A stretch of DNA of 44,633 bases from a virus (taxonomy: Duplodnaviria > Caudoviricetes), in the IMG/VR virus record IMGVR_UViG_3300033145_001514, positions 1 through 44,633 of that record. The stretch is one strand, 5' to 3'. A program made the position numbers and the translations under genes. The notes under the pieces were generated by a model. It saw nothing but the letters and a program-made list of their open reading frames with translations. It searched no databases and was not told the DNA's origin. Shown piece by piece: positions 17,995 to 26,776 of this stretch (positions within the stretch are counted from its first letter, which is position 1; every line of letters begins with the position of its first letter).

Positions 17995-18223
17995 CTGTCG
18001 CCAGAATATCAAGGCTCAATGTCTTCCGCTGCTTTCGCTTTGGAACACAATCAGCAAAATCCTTCCGCAATCTTTTAATCAGCATTGCAACTGCGCTTCG
18101 ACTGATGCCCATTATTTGGCTAGCCTGCTCGTGTGTCAGGCCTTCTTTATAAACCAAACGAAACGCCAAAAGCTGCCTTGCTGATATTTTTCTGGTTAAA
18201 GCACTCCGTTGCTCTTCTTCCAC
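17969..18223 (-). CDS. Sigma-70 region 4-like HTH regulator (candidate late activator)
   Basis: ISARQLLAFRLVYKEGLTHEQASQIMGISRSAV. Confidence 0.75.
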   Translation of the reverse strand: MEEEQRSALTRKISARQLLAFRLVYKEGLTHEQASQIMGISRSAVAMLIKRLRKDFADCVPKRKQRKTLSLDILATDERVKEKF

Positions 18224-18366
18224 AAAAAAACGTCCTTCTATAATACCTTTCGATGTTCACGCTTTTACGGTATTTTATTCACTATTTAACAAACTTTTTT
18301 TATTATTGCAAGGTTTTTTAATTTCTTTCAGTGAATTAAACATCCGCCCCAATTAGAAACAAACAC

Positions 18367-18798
18367 TTAATCATATGTTAAGCATTCGCCATCTTCGAGA
18401 TAATCTATCGCCCGGGAAAGTATAGTTGGATTTTCTTTTGCCAAGGCGATTAAAACATTACAAGATGAACATAAAAGCCCTCGTATTTTGCCTGTCATAT
18501 GGCTGTGGTCTACTGCCAGCTTTCGTCTATTCGGCGGTTGCCTGCAAATCGCACATTTTCCGCTTTGGTGCAATAACAGCCCATCATATTCCTCAACCGA
18601 CATTCCGTATTCGGCCAATTTCCGTTTCCGATTAGATTGATATGCACAATCTTTACATTGCCAATAGGGCTTGCCTTTGTAAAGTTGAGGCTTGCGAAAT
18701 TCAAGTAATGGTTTTATTTTACCGCAAGTCCCACACTTTTCCAAACAATCCGGCGTTTTCCCCCACTTTATCATTTCGTTTGTATCTTTCCAATCCAT
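18367..18798 (-). CDS. Endonuclease VII-family (homing) endonuclease
   Basis: QSGKCAIC...LAVDHSHMTGKIRGLLCSSCN; N-terminal CxxC...CxxC. Confidence 0.9.
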   Translation of the reverse strand: MDWKDTNEMIKWGKTPDCLEKCGTCGKIKPLLEFRKPQLYKGKPYWQCKDCAYQSNRKRKLAEYGMSVEEYDGLLLHQSGKCAICRQPPNRRKLAVDHSHMTGKIRGLLCSSCNVLIALAKENPTILSRAIDYLEDGECLTYD

Positions 18799-18846
18799 TG
18801 TATTTTCCCCAAAGAAATCTTAAAATTATCACTGTTTTAACTCTTT

Positions 18847-18874
18847 ATTATAGCTATCTTTACAGATTTGTCAA
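18847..18874 (-). promoter_or_regulatory. Sigma-70 promoter, leftward
   Basis: TTGACA-16 bp-TATAAT with A-rich upstream tract. Confidence 0.75.
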
Positions 18875-18904
18875 ACTTTTTTTCATATTTTTTGAAAAAA
18901 GTTC

Positions 18905-19035
18905 TTGACTTCTAAAGCCAAATAGTCGATATTGTATTTATGAAGTCGGCGAGAGCAAATCCAAAACTTAAACGCAAGCCCAAGCTGGTCTATCTACGCT
19001 TTCGCCGGCTGATGACTGGTGAGGGCTTGCTTTTT
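18905..19035 (+). promoter_or_regulatory. Rightward promoter plus structured attenuator-like leader
   Basis: TTGACT at 18905 (-10 box weak); 13-bp pairing 18944-18956/18998-19010 interleaved with terminator stem GCAAGCCC/GGGCTTGC-TTTTT. Confidence 0.55.
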
Positions 19036-19051
19036 ATTAAGGAGTGATAAA

Positions 19052-19366
19052 ATGAAAACTGTAAAGAAAATCTGGTATCGGCGCTACAAAAAAGCGAGGC
19101 ACTTTTGCCCTGCGCCGGGGTATAACTGCCCCAAAATCCCGCTTGGGCCATTGAATTGCAAAGGCCCGGACTACGAAATGGTGCGAATTGTGAAAACCGA
19201 AAATTGCCCGTTGCTGAAAAATCGCCACGCCTTAATTAGCTGGGGCTTGAATTTGCCAACAGAAAAATGGCCTAAAATCAAACAGGTTTTGGCCTTTGAC
19301 ATTGATTTTCCAAACGTAATTCAGGACGCTACTCACGCTGAAATTTTACTGGCCCCGATGAATTAA
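19052..19366 (+). CDS. Hypothetical protein (plus-strand island)
   Basis: SD TAAGGAG then ATG 19052. Confidence 0.6.
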   Translation: MKTVKKIWYRRYKKARHFCPAPGYNCPKIPLGPLNCKGPDYEMVRIVKTENCPLLKNRHALISWGLNLPTEKWPKIKQVLAFDIDFPNVIQDATHAEILLAPMN

Positions 19367-19481
19367 AAATCAATAGTGGAGTTCGGCAAAAAGGGCTTAA
19401 TGATATACTTACTCTTAACATTTTGGTTTATCGTTTCGGTGTGGAATTTGAAAGTGTTTTATCAATGGAAAGGATAGGAAA

Positions 19482-19676
19482 ATGACAAAAACATTTACAA
19501 CACAAGATTACAATACTTATGAAGTAACCGTCTCGGTTACTGAAACTCGGCGCTACAACATTAAGGCAACCAGCGAAACAGACGCACGAGGACAAGTAAT
19601 GTCTGGTTGGGCGATGGGCATAGGCCAAATTCTTGACAGCGAAAAGGAAATCATCGAGGTTGCAAAAGCAGAGTAG
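19482..19676 (+). CDS. Hypothetical protein
   Basis: SD upstream; YEVTV...YNIKATSETDAR pattern common in small phage proteins. Confidence 0.65.
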   Translation: MTKTFTTQDYNTYEVTVSVTETRRYNIKATSETDARGQVMSGWAMGIGQILDSEKEIIEVAKAE

Positions 19677-19683
19677 TTTAGTC

Positions 19684-19748
19684 CAGCCCTTTGTCTTTGA
19701 ACGGCTTACAGCCAATCCTCGTGAGCCGGACTTTGCCAAAAAGGGCTG
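19684..19748. terminator. Hairpin between convergent genes
   Basis: CAGCCCTTT...AAAGGGCTG outer stem, CGGCTTAC/GTGAGCCG inner stem. Confidence 0.45.
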
Positions 19749-19773
19749 AAAGTGGGGTTTTACAGGAATTTGC

Positions 19774-19965
19774 TCATTTCTCCACCTTTTCAAACCAGAA
19801 CTTCTCGATAGGAAATATCCTTTTATTGCCATCCTTATCTGTGGCAAAAACTACATAATGCCCGCTCTTATCACAAACACAGGGGCAGCCAACAGCCAAC
19901 TTGTGAGGCGTAAAAACAAAGGCATTGAACTTATCGCCCTTCTGTGGCATATAAGCAGAACTCAT
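19774..19965 (-). CDS. Hypothetical protein
   Basis: ATGA-coupled, SD GAGGTG. Confidence 0.55.
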   Translation of the reverse strand: MSSAYMPQKGDKFNAFVFTPHKLAVGCPCVCDKSGHYVVFATDKDGNKRIFPIEKFWFEKVEK

Positions 19966-20210
19966 TTTTTCACCTCTTTGCTCTGCAGGGCTTGCCACGC
20001 TTCTATACATTTACATTTGGCTTCCCATACATCCGTCGCCTTAAGTTGGTCTATGCTGCACGAGCCGTCTTTCGTTTCAACATACCACCCCCAATGGGCA
20101 GGCCTCAACTTTGTGGCCAAAACTGGTGGGCATCCTGTTTTCTGCCTCATTCGTTTGTATATCATCCTTGAAAATGCGTTGCTAAAAGTCCTTAATTCGG
20201 TCATCTTCAT
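19962..20210 (-). CDS. Hypothetical protein
   Basis: SD AAAGGGA before ATG 20210. Confidence 0.5.
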   Translation of the reverse strand: MKMTELRTFSNAFSRMIYKRMRQKTGCPPVLATKLRPAHWGWYVETKDGSCSIDQLKATDVWEAKCKCIEAWQALQSKEVKK

Positions 20211-20251
20211 TCCCTTTCTAATTAGAAGCAACGGCTGTATAACTACCGGCT

Positions 20252-20443
20252 TTATGGGGAGGGTGGATATACCACCCTTTCCCCCCATCTTGTTTTTCCC
20301 AAAGTAAGTTTAATTTCTCTGTGGCATTGAGAGTCGTGGGCAATTCCTCCGTTGTAATCCAAATAGCAGTCAATCCTGCCTAACAACGCTTCCAACACTT
20401 CGTTTCGTCCCTTTAGGTTTTCTAATTCTGTGGTTTCTTCCAT
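20252..20443 (-). CDS. Hypothetical protein
   Basis: SD AAAGGGA; coupled to the methyltransferase stop. Confidence 0.5.
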   Translation of the reverse strand: MEETTELENLKGRNEVLEALLGRIDCYLDYNGGIAHDSQCHREIKLTLGKTRWGERVVYPPSP

Positions 20444-20444
20444 T

Positions 20445-21986
20445 TTATTCCCTTTCAATTAGGCCATAATTTTCCTTGTGGGCGGCCAGGCGCTGGCGGG
20501 CAAGCTGGACATAATCCGGCTGAAGCTCAATGCCGATATAATCACGGCGAAGCTCGTAGGCCACAACACAGGTCGTAGAACTTCCGGCGAAGGGGTCAAG
20601 CACAATACCATTTCTCCAGCCCGCCTTGCAACCGCAATCAGTCAGGCCAGTTTGTATATGTTTTGCATAGCCGTGAGCAAAACGCATAGAGCCATAATGG
20701 GTTTTGCCATCAGGCGTGCCTGCGGCAGGATATTTCAAGGTCGCCTTGGGTTTATTGTTATCAATGTCATAATCCAAATTGTATATCTTTTTCCTGCCCA
20801 GACCACACTTTTTGCAGACTTGCTCCGGCACGGCCATTTTGATAAGTGGTTCGACCAATTTTTCAGGATAGGTTGCAAAGTGAGCTTCTGAATATGCCTG
20901 CGGGTTTATGCACCAGACATTACGAATTGTCCGGCCAAGAGGATTGTTTTCATAATAAAAACTATCTGCTGCCCAATTCACATCAGGATTTTTCTCTTGT
21001 TTCAGACGTAGCCTGACACCGTCTCGCTTTGTATAATTCTGCGACTGCTCCTCATACTGCTGCTCATACCAGTAATCGTTGGCCTGCCAAAAAGAGGATT
21101 TAGCCTTGCCGTTCACACATTGCTTCTTATCACAACCCTTACCTTTGCAGGCAGAATGCTCTATCCACCGCCAATCTGTCCCTTCTACGCCTTTCGTTCC
21201 TGCCGGTTGCTTATTGACCATAACGCCGGTTTTTTCGTTAATCCAAAACTGCGTGCCGGTGTCCTTCGTGAACATATAGACCATCTCGTAGCCGTTCTTA
21301 TTCGGCCTATCTTTTGCGCTGTCCGGCATACAAGAACCGGAATAGGTCTCACAAAAGGACACACCCTTTGCCCAGATAATTTTGCACCGAACTATCCAGC
21401 CGTGTTCGGCCATCGCAATTACAAATCTTTCGGGGATTAGGCACATAGATTTGGCTTGTAATGTTCTATTGGGGTTGTTGCCGCGTAGCTTATTTTGTTT
21501 TTTGGCTGTTTCGTCCGCATACATTCTTTCATAATCACCCCCCGGCCCACCGCTTCCACCGTAGGTATCCCCGATATTTACAAAGCATATCCCATCGTCC
21601 CGCAGAACTCTTTTCAAAGCGTCAAATACGGCCATAAGATGCTCAATGTATAATTCCGGCGTTGGCTCAAGGCCAAGCTCGCCACGCCAAGCACCGCAGA
21701 GAGAGCAGAACTGGCCTTGTTTGGTTTCTGTGCCTTGCACACCCCGTTTATGTGTGCCTGTTTGAGCAGTGCGGCCGCTTGCCGTTCCTCTATTACTGCG
21801 AATAAGCTCCTCGCCCCACTTGTGCTGGCAACCCTGCCTGCCGCCCCACACGACCGGCTCTGTGTTGTAAGCACGCAAACCCCAGTAGGGAGGCGAGGTA
21901 ATAATAGCATTAACTACACCATCCGGCCAGTCAGCCATAATCTCAAGGCAGTCGCCTTCAACAATCTGTCCTGTCGGTAAATCCAT
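20445..21986 (-). CDS. DNA amino-methyltransferase, beta class (probably N4-cytosine)
   Basis: GDCLE, ITSPPYWGLR (motif IV), NIGDTY, IIWAK, NVW, HFATYP, VLDPFAGSSTT (motif I), GIEL; several Cys-containing insertions. Confidence 0.9.
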   Translation of the reverse strand: MDLPTGQIVEGDCLEIMADWPDGVVNAIITSPPYWGLRAYNTEPVVWGGRQGCQHKWGEELIRSNRGTASGRTAQTGTHKRGVQGTETKQGQFCSLCGAWRGELGLEPTPELYIEHLMAVFDALKRVLRDDGICFVNIGDTYGGSGGPGGDYERMYADETAKKQNKLRGNNPNRTLQAKSMCLIPERFVIAMAEHGWIVRCKIIWAKGVSFCETYSGSCMPDSAKDRPNKNGYEMVYMFTKDTGTQFWINEKTGVMVNKQPAGTKGVEGTDWRWIEHSACKGKGCDKKQCVNGKAKSSFWQANDYWYEQQYEEQSQNYTKRDGVRLRLKQEKNPDVNWAADSFYYENNPLGRTIRNVWCINPQAYSEAHFATYPEKLVEPLIKMAVPEQVCKKCGLGRKKIYNLDYDIDNNKPKATLKYPAAGTPDGKTHYGSMRFAHGYAKHIQTGLTDCGCKAGWRNGIVLDPFAGSSTTCVVAYELRRDYIGIELQPDYVQLARQRLAAHKENYGLIERE

Positions 21987-22181
21987 TTACTCAACCTCAA
22001 CATATTCACCAACCAACATAAGCACTTCGTCATAAGAGGCACTATTCATTGCTCGTTCCCAAAACTCATTTGCTTTATCAGACATCCCTGCTTTTCGGAG
22101 AGCTTTTGAGACCCGCCCGATAATGGCAAATACATTACCATCTTCACCTACAAGTTTTACTTTTAGCATATCCACCTTCAT
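21987..22181 (-). CDS. Conserved hypothetical phage protein
   Basis: VKLVGEDGNVFAIIGRVSKAL...SYDEVL pattern. Confidence 0.7.
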   Translation of the reverse strand: MKVDMLKVKLVGEDGNVFAIIGRVSKALRKAGMSDKANEFWERAMNSASYDEVLMLVGEYVEVE

Positions 22182-22215
22182 TCCCTTTCAACAATCTGAT
22201 TTATCGCCATATCCA

Positions 22216-22773
22216 TTACCTATTACTTTCATAGAATGCTTGTGCAAAGCCCGATGGTGTTATTGCTCTTTTTTCTTTTCTATTCTTACCGACCAAATTA
22301 CAAATCACTCTCTTTTTGTGTGATGTATAAGTGAACTTTTTGAAAGGTGGAACAAAATCTCCCCAAAGCCAAGTTTTCTTTGAATAACTATGACCAAATT
22401 CATAGGGTTGAAATACATAAACAGGTTCACCCAACCATAGTTTCAAATACCCCTCTGGATTTTCTAAGGCCCAAAATTGTGGTTTGCACCGCCATATAAT
22501 TCGCAAGCAAGCATCCACTATTGCTAATCCCTGTGCGAATTGTTTATCAGTTGGGCGACCTCTGCACATTCGCATTCGACAAAAATACGTGCAAGGCGGG
22601 GCCGCAAGAATACCATAGACATTTTCAGGCGGCTGATAAGTTCGCACATCGCAATCAGGCAAAGTCACCAAACGGACATCATAAACTTCAGGACGCTCTT
22701 GGTATGGTTTAGACCAACTACCAGTTCCTGCGCATAAATCCAAAATTACTTTTTTATTATTGCTTGTATCCAT
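22216..22773 (-). CDS. Minimal C5-cytosine methyltransferase-like protein
   Basis: LDLCAGTG (motif I), AAPPC (motif IV), LENP (motif VI), KKT.LW; only 185 aa. Confidence 0.75.
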   Translation of the reverse strand: MDTSNNKKVILDLCAGTGSWSKPYQERPEVYDVRLVTLPDCDVRTYQPPENVYGILAAPPCTYFCRMRMCRGRPTDKQFAQGLAIVDACLRIIWRCKPQFWALENPEGYLKLWLGEPVYVFQPYEFGHSYSKKTWLWGDFVPPFKKFTYTSHKKRVICNLVGKNRKEKRAITPSGFAQAFYESNR

Positions 22774-22774
22774 A

Positions 22775-23581
22775 TCATCCTTGCCCTTGGGGATACTGCC
22801 TGAGTCGCAAATCTTCGGGAAACTTATTTATGTTGTGCTCAACCTTGCCACTTATGCTTAATTGCTTTACAAAAGCTCTCACATCTGCCGCTTTGCATTG
22901 CTGGACTAAATCCCGCACCCATTCGAGCTTGCAGAGTCGGCGTTTCGGGCCGGACTCGCAGCCAATGATAACCCACTCCAACCGTTCCATTTTAATAGGA
23001 CAATATGTTATATTTCCGAGCAAGGGTTCAAAGCTGATAAATTTTACTGCTGCTGGTATTCGACCCAAAACACCAACCCGCCACATTTCTTTTTGGTTCT
23101 CAACTGATACGCCGAGATGGAGGTTTGGTAAAGGCAATTTTCTCGCACCAAGTTGCCACATCCTGTTTTTATCTGTAAAAAATTGCTCCATTCGGCTTGG
23201 CCGTTTAGTTAAAACTTGATAAGTATGTCGTGGACTCATAGAAATAATGCTTAATACTTTAGCAATAAACTCAACTGGCACAGATGGATGAAACAAATCG
23301 CCCATCGAACATACAAATATCCTGCGGGGCTTGCGCCAATGAAGGGGAATTTCCAACTTGCTCGGAATAGTCGCCACTTTCCCGTTCCAACCGCTACCAT
23401 CAGTAACAACGTGATATGGACTTGATAAATTCATTCGTTGTTTTGCTGAGCGTGATAATTCTATGGCAGCCAACCTCACGGCAAACTTCTCCGCATAGCA
23501 ATTCTCACAACCAGCACTGACTTTCGAGCAACCGACTACGGGGTTCCAGCTTTCGTCAGTCCATTGTATTTTCGTGCCCAT
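22775..23581 (-). CDS. DUF5131 (phage Gp37/Gp68) family protein
   Basis: IQWTDESWNPVVGCSKVSAGCENCYA, FVCSMGDLFH, LTKRP, SFEPLL, WVIIGCESG, FVKQL. Confidence 0.9.
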   Translation of the reverse strand: MGTKIQWTDESWNPVVGCSKVSAGCENCYAEKFAVRLAAIELSRSAKQRMNLSSPYHVVTDGSGWNGKVATIPSKLEIPLHWRKPRRIFVCSMGDLFHPSVPVEFIAKVLSIISMSPRHTYQVLTKRPSRMEQFFTDKNRMWQLGARKLPLPNLHLGVSVENQKEMWRVGVLGRIPAAVKFISFEPLLGNITYCPIKMERLEWVIIGCESGPKRRLCKLEWVRDLVQQCKAADVRAFVKQLSISGKVEHNINKFPEDLRLRQYPQGQG

Positions 23582-23662
23582 CTTTCAATCTCCCTTAATC
23601 CATTCATAATTTTTTAATCCTCCTTCAAGCCAACTTTTTATAACCATCTTTTGGATACTCCC

Positions 23663-24151
23663 TCAATCCATATCAATTGGACTATTTTTCATAACAGTTT
23701 TTGCGCTCCAGATTACTCGGTGGCAATAACATTCAAGTTTGTTTTTTTTGTTCACACTCAACTTTGGTTTTTGCCAAAAGACAACAATGAGTTTAATATA
23801 AGGGCGCTCATCAAAAAGCAACTTGAACTTTTTCAGGTCATAAGCGGAAAGCATCCCCTTCGTCTCGTAATATTCCAATTCATTTTCGTTTGTTCGCACA
23901 AGAAAATCAGGAGTATATTCCTTAACCGGCTGATTTTCAGGAAAGCCCCTGAACGTATGGAATTCGTAAAACCAATCTTTTATCCCGCCTATGGTTTTGA
24001 GAAAATCAAGGTGCTGCGCCCAACGATATTCGAGCTTTGACTTGAAATGCGTCAAGCGCCCATTCACTGTTGCGTCAACAGGCTGGTTGCCATACTTCGG
24101 CTTAAATTGCTTGTCTGTTCCAAATCCCATCCGTGTCATTTTGGCCTCCAT
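23663..24151 (-). CDS. PD-(D/E)XK endonuclease (DUF1064-like)
   Basis: KYGN, FKSKLE, YTPDF...ETKG. Confidence 0.75.
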   Translation of the reverse strand: MEAKMTRMGFGTDKQFKPKYGNQPVDATVNGRLTHFKSKLEYRWAQHLDFLKTIGGIKDWFYEFHTFRGFPENQPVKEYTPDFLVRTNENELEYYETKGMLSAYDLKKFKLLFDERPYIKLIVVFWQKPKLSVNKKNKLECYCHRVIWSAKTVMKNSPIDMD

Positions 24152-24380
24152 TCAATATTTGCTTAACTATTCTTTTCATAGCTTCTTTGTTTTCAATTGC
24201 ATCTTTGCCAAAAAGCCCCCCACCACCATCTATGTGCAGAGAACATTTCGTGCACTTGGCTGACCAAAATGTCAGTTTGCCTTCCGAAGTATAGATATGT
24301 TCATAGTAATTTTTGTATATCTCAATGTTGCCACCGCATCCACATTTCAAGTTCTGTTTTTCAATCGCTTTGCTTGTCAT
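24102..24380 (-). CDS. Hypothetical zinc-ribbon protein
   Basis: CGCGG...CTKC; ATGA-coupled start 24380. Confidence 0.5.
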   Translation of the reverse strand: MTSKAIEKQNLKCGCGGNIEIYKNYYEHIYTSEGKLTFWSAKCTKCSLHIDGGGGLFGKDAIENKEAMKRIVKQILNGGQNDTDGIWNRQAI

Positions 24381-24814
24381 TTTGCTTCCTTCAGGGCTTG
24401 CTCTGGAAGTATTATCGGCTTCCAGTGGGTAGTTGTGTGGTAAGTAGCATACCAATTTACATTATCTACTCCACCATCAGTAACGATAAGCACATATTGT
24501 CCATCTTCCGGCAACCTCTCGCTTACAGGTATCCAGCGATGCTTTTCAAGTTCTTTTTTCAACCATTCGTTCTTGGCCTCACATTTTTCAAGCCGTATTG
24601 CCATCGCTTCAATTTGGTCAGTATGCAATTCCTCTAAATCAACCTGCTTGCCAAGCTCGGCCTGTTCTTTAAGTCTTGCAGCCAAGTTTGCTATTAGAAT
24701 AATTACATCACCAAAATAAAGATGGGCGGATGTATCTACGTCTTTATCTTTTAACATTTCATCGGCTGCAGTTTGTATTTCTTCAAAATTCATTCCACTC
24801 CATACGCTTGCCAT
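24377..24814 (-). CDS. DUF551-domain protein
   Basis: C-terminal RWIPVSERLPEDGQYVLI...THWKPI. Confidence 0.7.
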   Translation of the reverse strand: MASVWSGMNFEEIQTAADEMLKDKDVDTSAHLYFGDVIILIANLAARLKEQAELGKQVDLEELHTDQIEAMAIRLEKCEAKNEWLKKELEKHRWIPVSERLPEDGQYVLIVTDGGVDNVNWYATYHTTTHWKPIILPEQALKEAK

Positions 24815-24815
24815 T

Positions 24816-25244
24816 TCATTTACCGCCTTTCAGGGCTTGGTCAAGATGCGGAAGCCATCGTTGGCAAAGAGTAAAAAATTCTTGTTCGGTTATTGATTGG
24901 ATTTTTTCAAGGTCTTTCCTGAACCACAACAATGTATTTTTCAGCCGCTCGATTTCGGCTTGCTGGGTGTCAAGAAGGTCGGCGGCTTCTTGATAACCTT
25001 TAATCACACCATCAACAAAATCTTTGGCAGATGGCAAATGATTAAGTTCGGGTATGCCACCCCTTGCAACTTTAATACATTGACGCAATTTTTCAGCCAA
25101 CTTTGTCGGCTCTGGCTCTTTGGTAAACTCAGCAAGAATGTCATTTCCCTCTTTTATTGTTAGGCCAATGTCGTAATTTTCATTATCAGCAAAGGGCTGA
25201 CACACAGCTATTCTGTGCCTTAGTACATCAAGTGCCTTACTCAT
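24816..25244 (-). CDS. Hypothetical protein (coiled coil)
   Basis: EAADLLDTQQAEIERLK; coupled operon. Confidence 0.6.
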   Translation of the reverse strand: MSKALDVLRHRIAVCQPFADNENYDIGLTIKEGNDILAEFTKEPEPTKLAEKLRQCIKVARGGIPELNHLPSAKDFVDGVIKGYQEAADLLDTQQAEIERLKNTLLWFRKDLEKIQSITEQEFFTLCQRWLPHLDQALKGGK

Positions 25245-25488
25245 TTTGCATCTCCTTCAGGGCTTGCTCTGCTATTTCTGGACAGGTGGGTGAATATATC
25301 TTTGGACACCAATGGCTTGCTATATCTTGCAATGCCTCTTCCAGCCGCTCATTCTCATCTTGCAAATTTTTGTTTGCAGTGAACTTTGTCGGCTCTGGTT
25401 GCTTTTCTGTTATTGGCTTGCTGCGACCTATGTATTTAAGCACTACTTTTATTATTCCTTTTTGCCTTGCTGGAGGAATTATGCTCAT
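25237..25488 (-). CDS. Hypothetical protein
   Basis: ENERLEEALQDIA...IAEQALKE pattern. Confidence 0.55.
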   Translation of the reverse strand: MSIIPPARQKGIIKVVLKYIGRSKPITEKQPEPTKFTANKNLQDENERLEEALQDIASHWCPKIYSPTCPEIAEQALKEMQNE

Positions 25489-26210
25489 TTTGCACCACCT
25501 TTCTTTTCTGCCAAAATCTCTGGCATTTTTCGTCTGTCCACACCAACCAACTCTATTGCCAACGCCGTCCGCAAACGACTAACAATACGCTCGTCAAAAG
25601 CCACGCCCAGACGGGCAAGGTTCTTATTACTGCTCACAAAAGTAGGCAGCAGCCGTTCCTGCCGTTTATTGAGAATGGAATACAAAGTGCCATAAGCAAA
25701 ATCTGTTTCCGGCTTGGAGCGCAATCCCAAGTCGTCAATAAATAGCATATCAACTTCTTTCAACGGCTTAATCATATCCCACTCGGTCATCTTCGAAGCA
25801 GGACTCATCGTAGTCCTGACCTGACAGCAAAAATCGTCAAAACATATTCGCATACATCCATAACCCTGACCGATATAGTGCCTAATCAGAGCAGCCATAA
25901 TGTGCGTCTTACCTCTGCCCTGTAAACCAAAAAGAAACAAATCCTGCTCCGCCTCTCGACCTAATAGCTTTTTGCGCATCCCCGGCTCTATATCATCGAG
26001 AGTAGCGTTAGCATATAGCGGTTCGACAAGCTGAAGCGCAAGGGCATCCGCCCTCTCCGCCGTCATACGCTGCTTGCGATGATACCTGTCAATACACCGC
26101 TTACAGAACTTATCCGTGCCTCGTTTCGGACGGACTTTACAGTTCTCACACCTAACGGATGTTATCTTCTCTAACACTTTCGGGAGTAGATTTCCCAGTT
26201 TTACTGCCAT
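25485..26210 (-). CDS. DnaC/IstB-like AAA+ helicase loader
   Basis: GLQGRGKTH (Walker A), LFIDDLG (Walker B), PTFVSSN, RIVSRL; likely start ATG 26210. Confidence 0.85.
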   Translation of the reverse strand: MAVKLGNLLPKVLEKITSVRCENCKVRPKRGTDKFCKRCIDRYHRKQRMTAERADALALQLVEPLYANATLDDIEPGMRKKLLGREAEQDLFLFGLQGRGKTHIMAALIRHYIGQGYGCMRICFDDFCCQVRTTMSPASKMTEWDMIKPLKEVDMLFIDDLGLRSKPETDFAYGTLYSILNKRQERLLPTFVSSNKNLARLGVAFDERIVSRLRTALAIELVGVDRRKMPEILAEKKGGAK

Positions 26211-26763
26211 CTTTTCGTTCTTTTCGTTCCCAATTAAGGATTGTGTGGTAATGAGATTTGTATTTTCTTCCTGTCGAGCCGACATAATCATTCAAAGCTG
26301 CTATTTTTTCAGAGAGACCCTCTGCCCCAAACTGTTTTACTAATTTTTCGTATTCCTCTTCAGTGAGAAAAATGAAGTCCATATATCTATCTTTACTCTT
26401 CTCTGTCTTTCTTTTGTCTCTGTCTCTGTCTCTGTCTAATGCACGCACTTTGCTATCATCAGTTGCTATCGCCTTGCTATCATCTTGATAGCACTCTATA
26501 AACCCTGCGTCTACAAGAGGTTGTAGGTCTATTTTTCTACCTACTGGTAGTTTTCGTCGAAGATAGGCGGAGTCGGCGGGAATTTCGCCATTGCCTTTGC
26601 GAGAGTTAAATAACCACAAGCATATCAATAGCACTTTGCTATCATTCTGCAAGCACTCAAACTTCTCGTTATCAAGCAAACTGGTATGTAGTTTTATCCA
26701 CGGGGGATTGCGTTTGGTGTAATGCTGAAAAGTTTCCCAATCGCAAATTCTTATGTAATCCAT
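26152..26763 (-). CDS. Phage replication initiator protein
   Basis: WETFQHY..RNPPWIKLH N-terminus, charged linker, LTEEEYEKL...KYKSHYHTILNW C-terminus; directly upstream of the loader. Confidence 0.75.
   Translation of the reverse strand: MDYIRICDWETFQHYTKRNPPWIKLHTSLLDNEKFECLQNDSKVLLICLWLFNSRKGNGEIPADSAYLRRKLPVGRKIDLQPLVDAGFIECYQDDSKAIATDDSKVRALDRDRDRDKRKTEKSKDRYMDFIFLTEEEYEKLVKQFGAEGLSEKIAALNDYVGSTGRKYKSHYHTILNWERKERKDGSKTGKSTPESVREDNIR
26445..26493. repeat. Iteron-like repeats inside the initiator gene (candidate origin)
   Basis: TTGCTATC at 26450, 26463 and 26474, inverted GATAGCA at 26487; GCACTTTGCTATCAT at 26445 repeated at 26631. Confidence 0.55.
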
Positions 26764-26776
26764 TATTCTATCTCAT

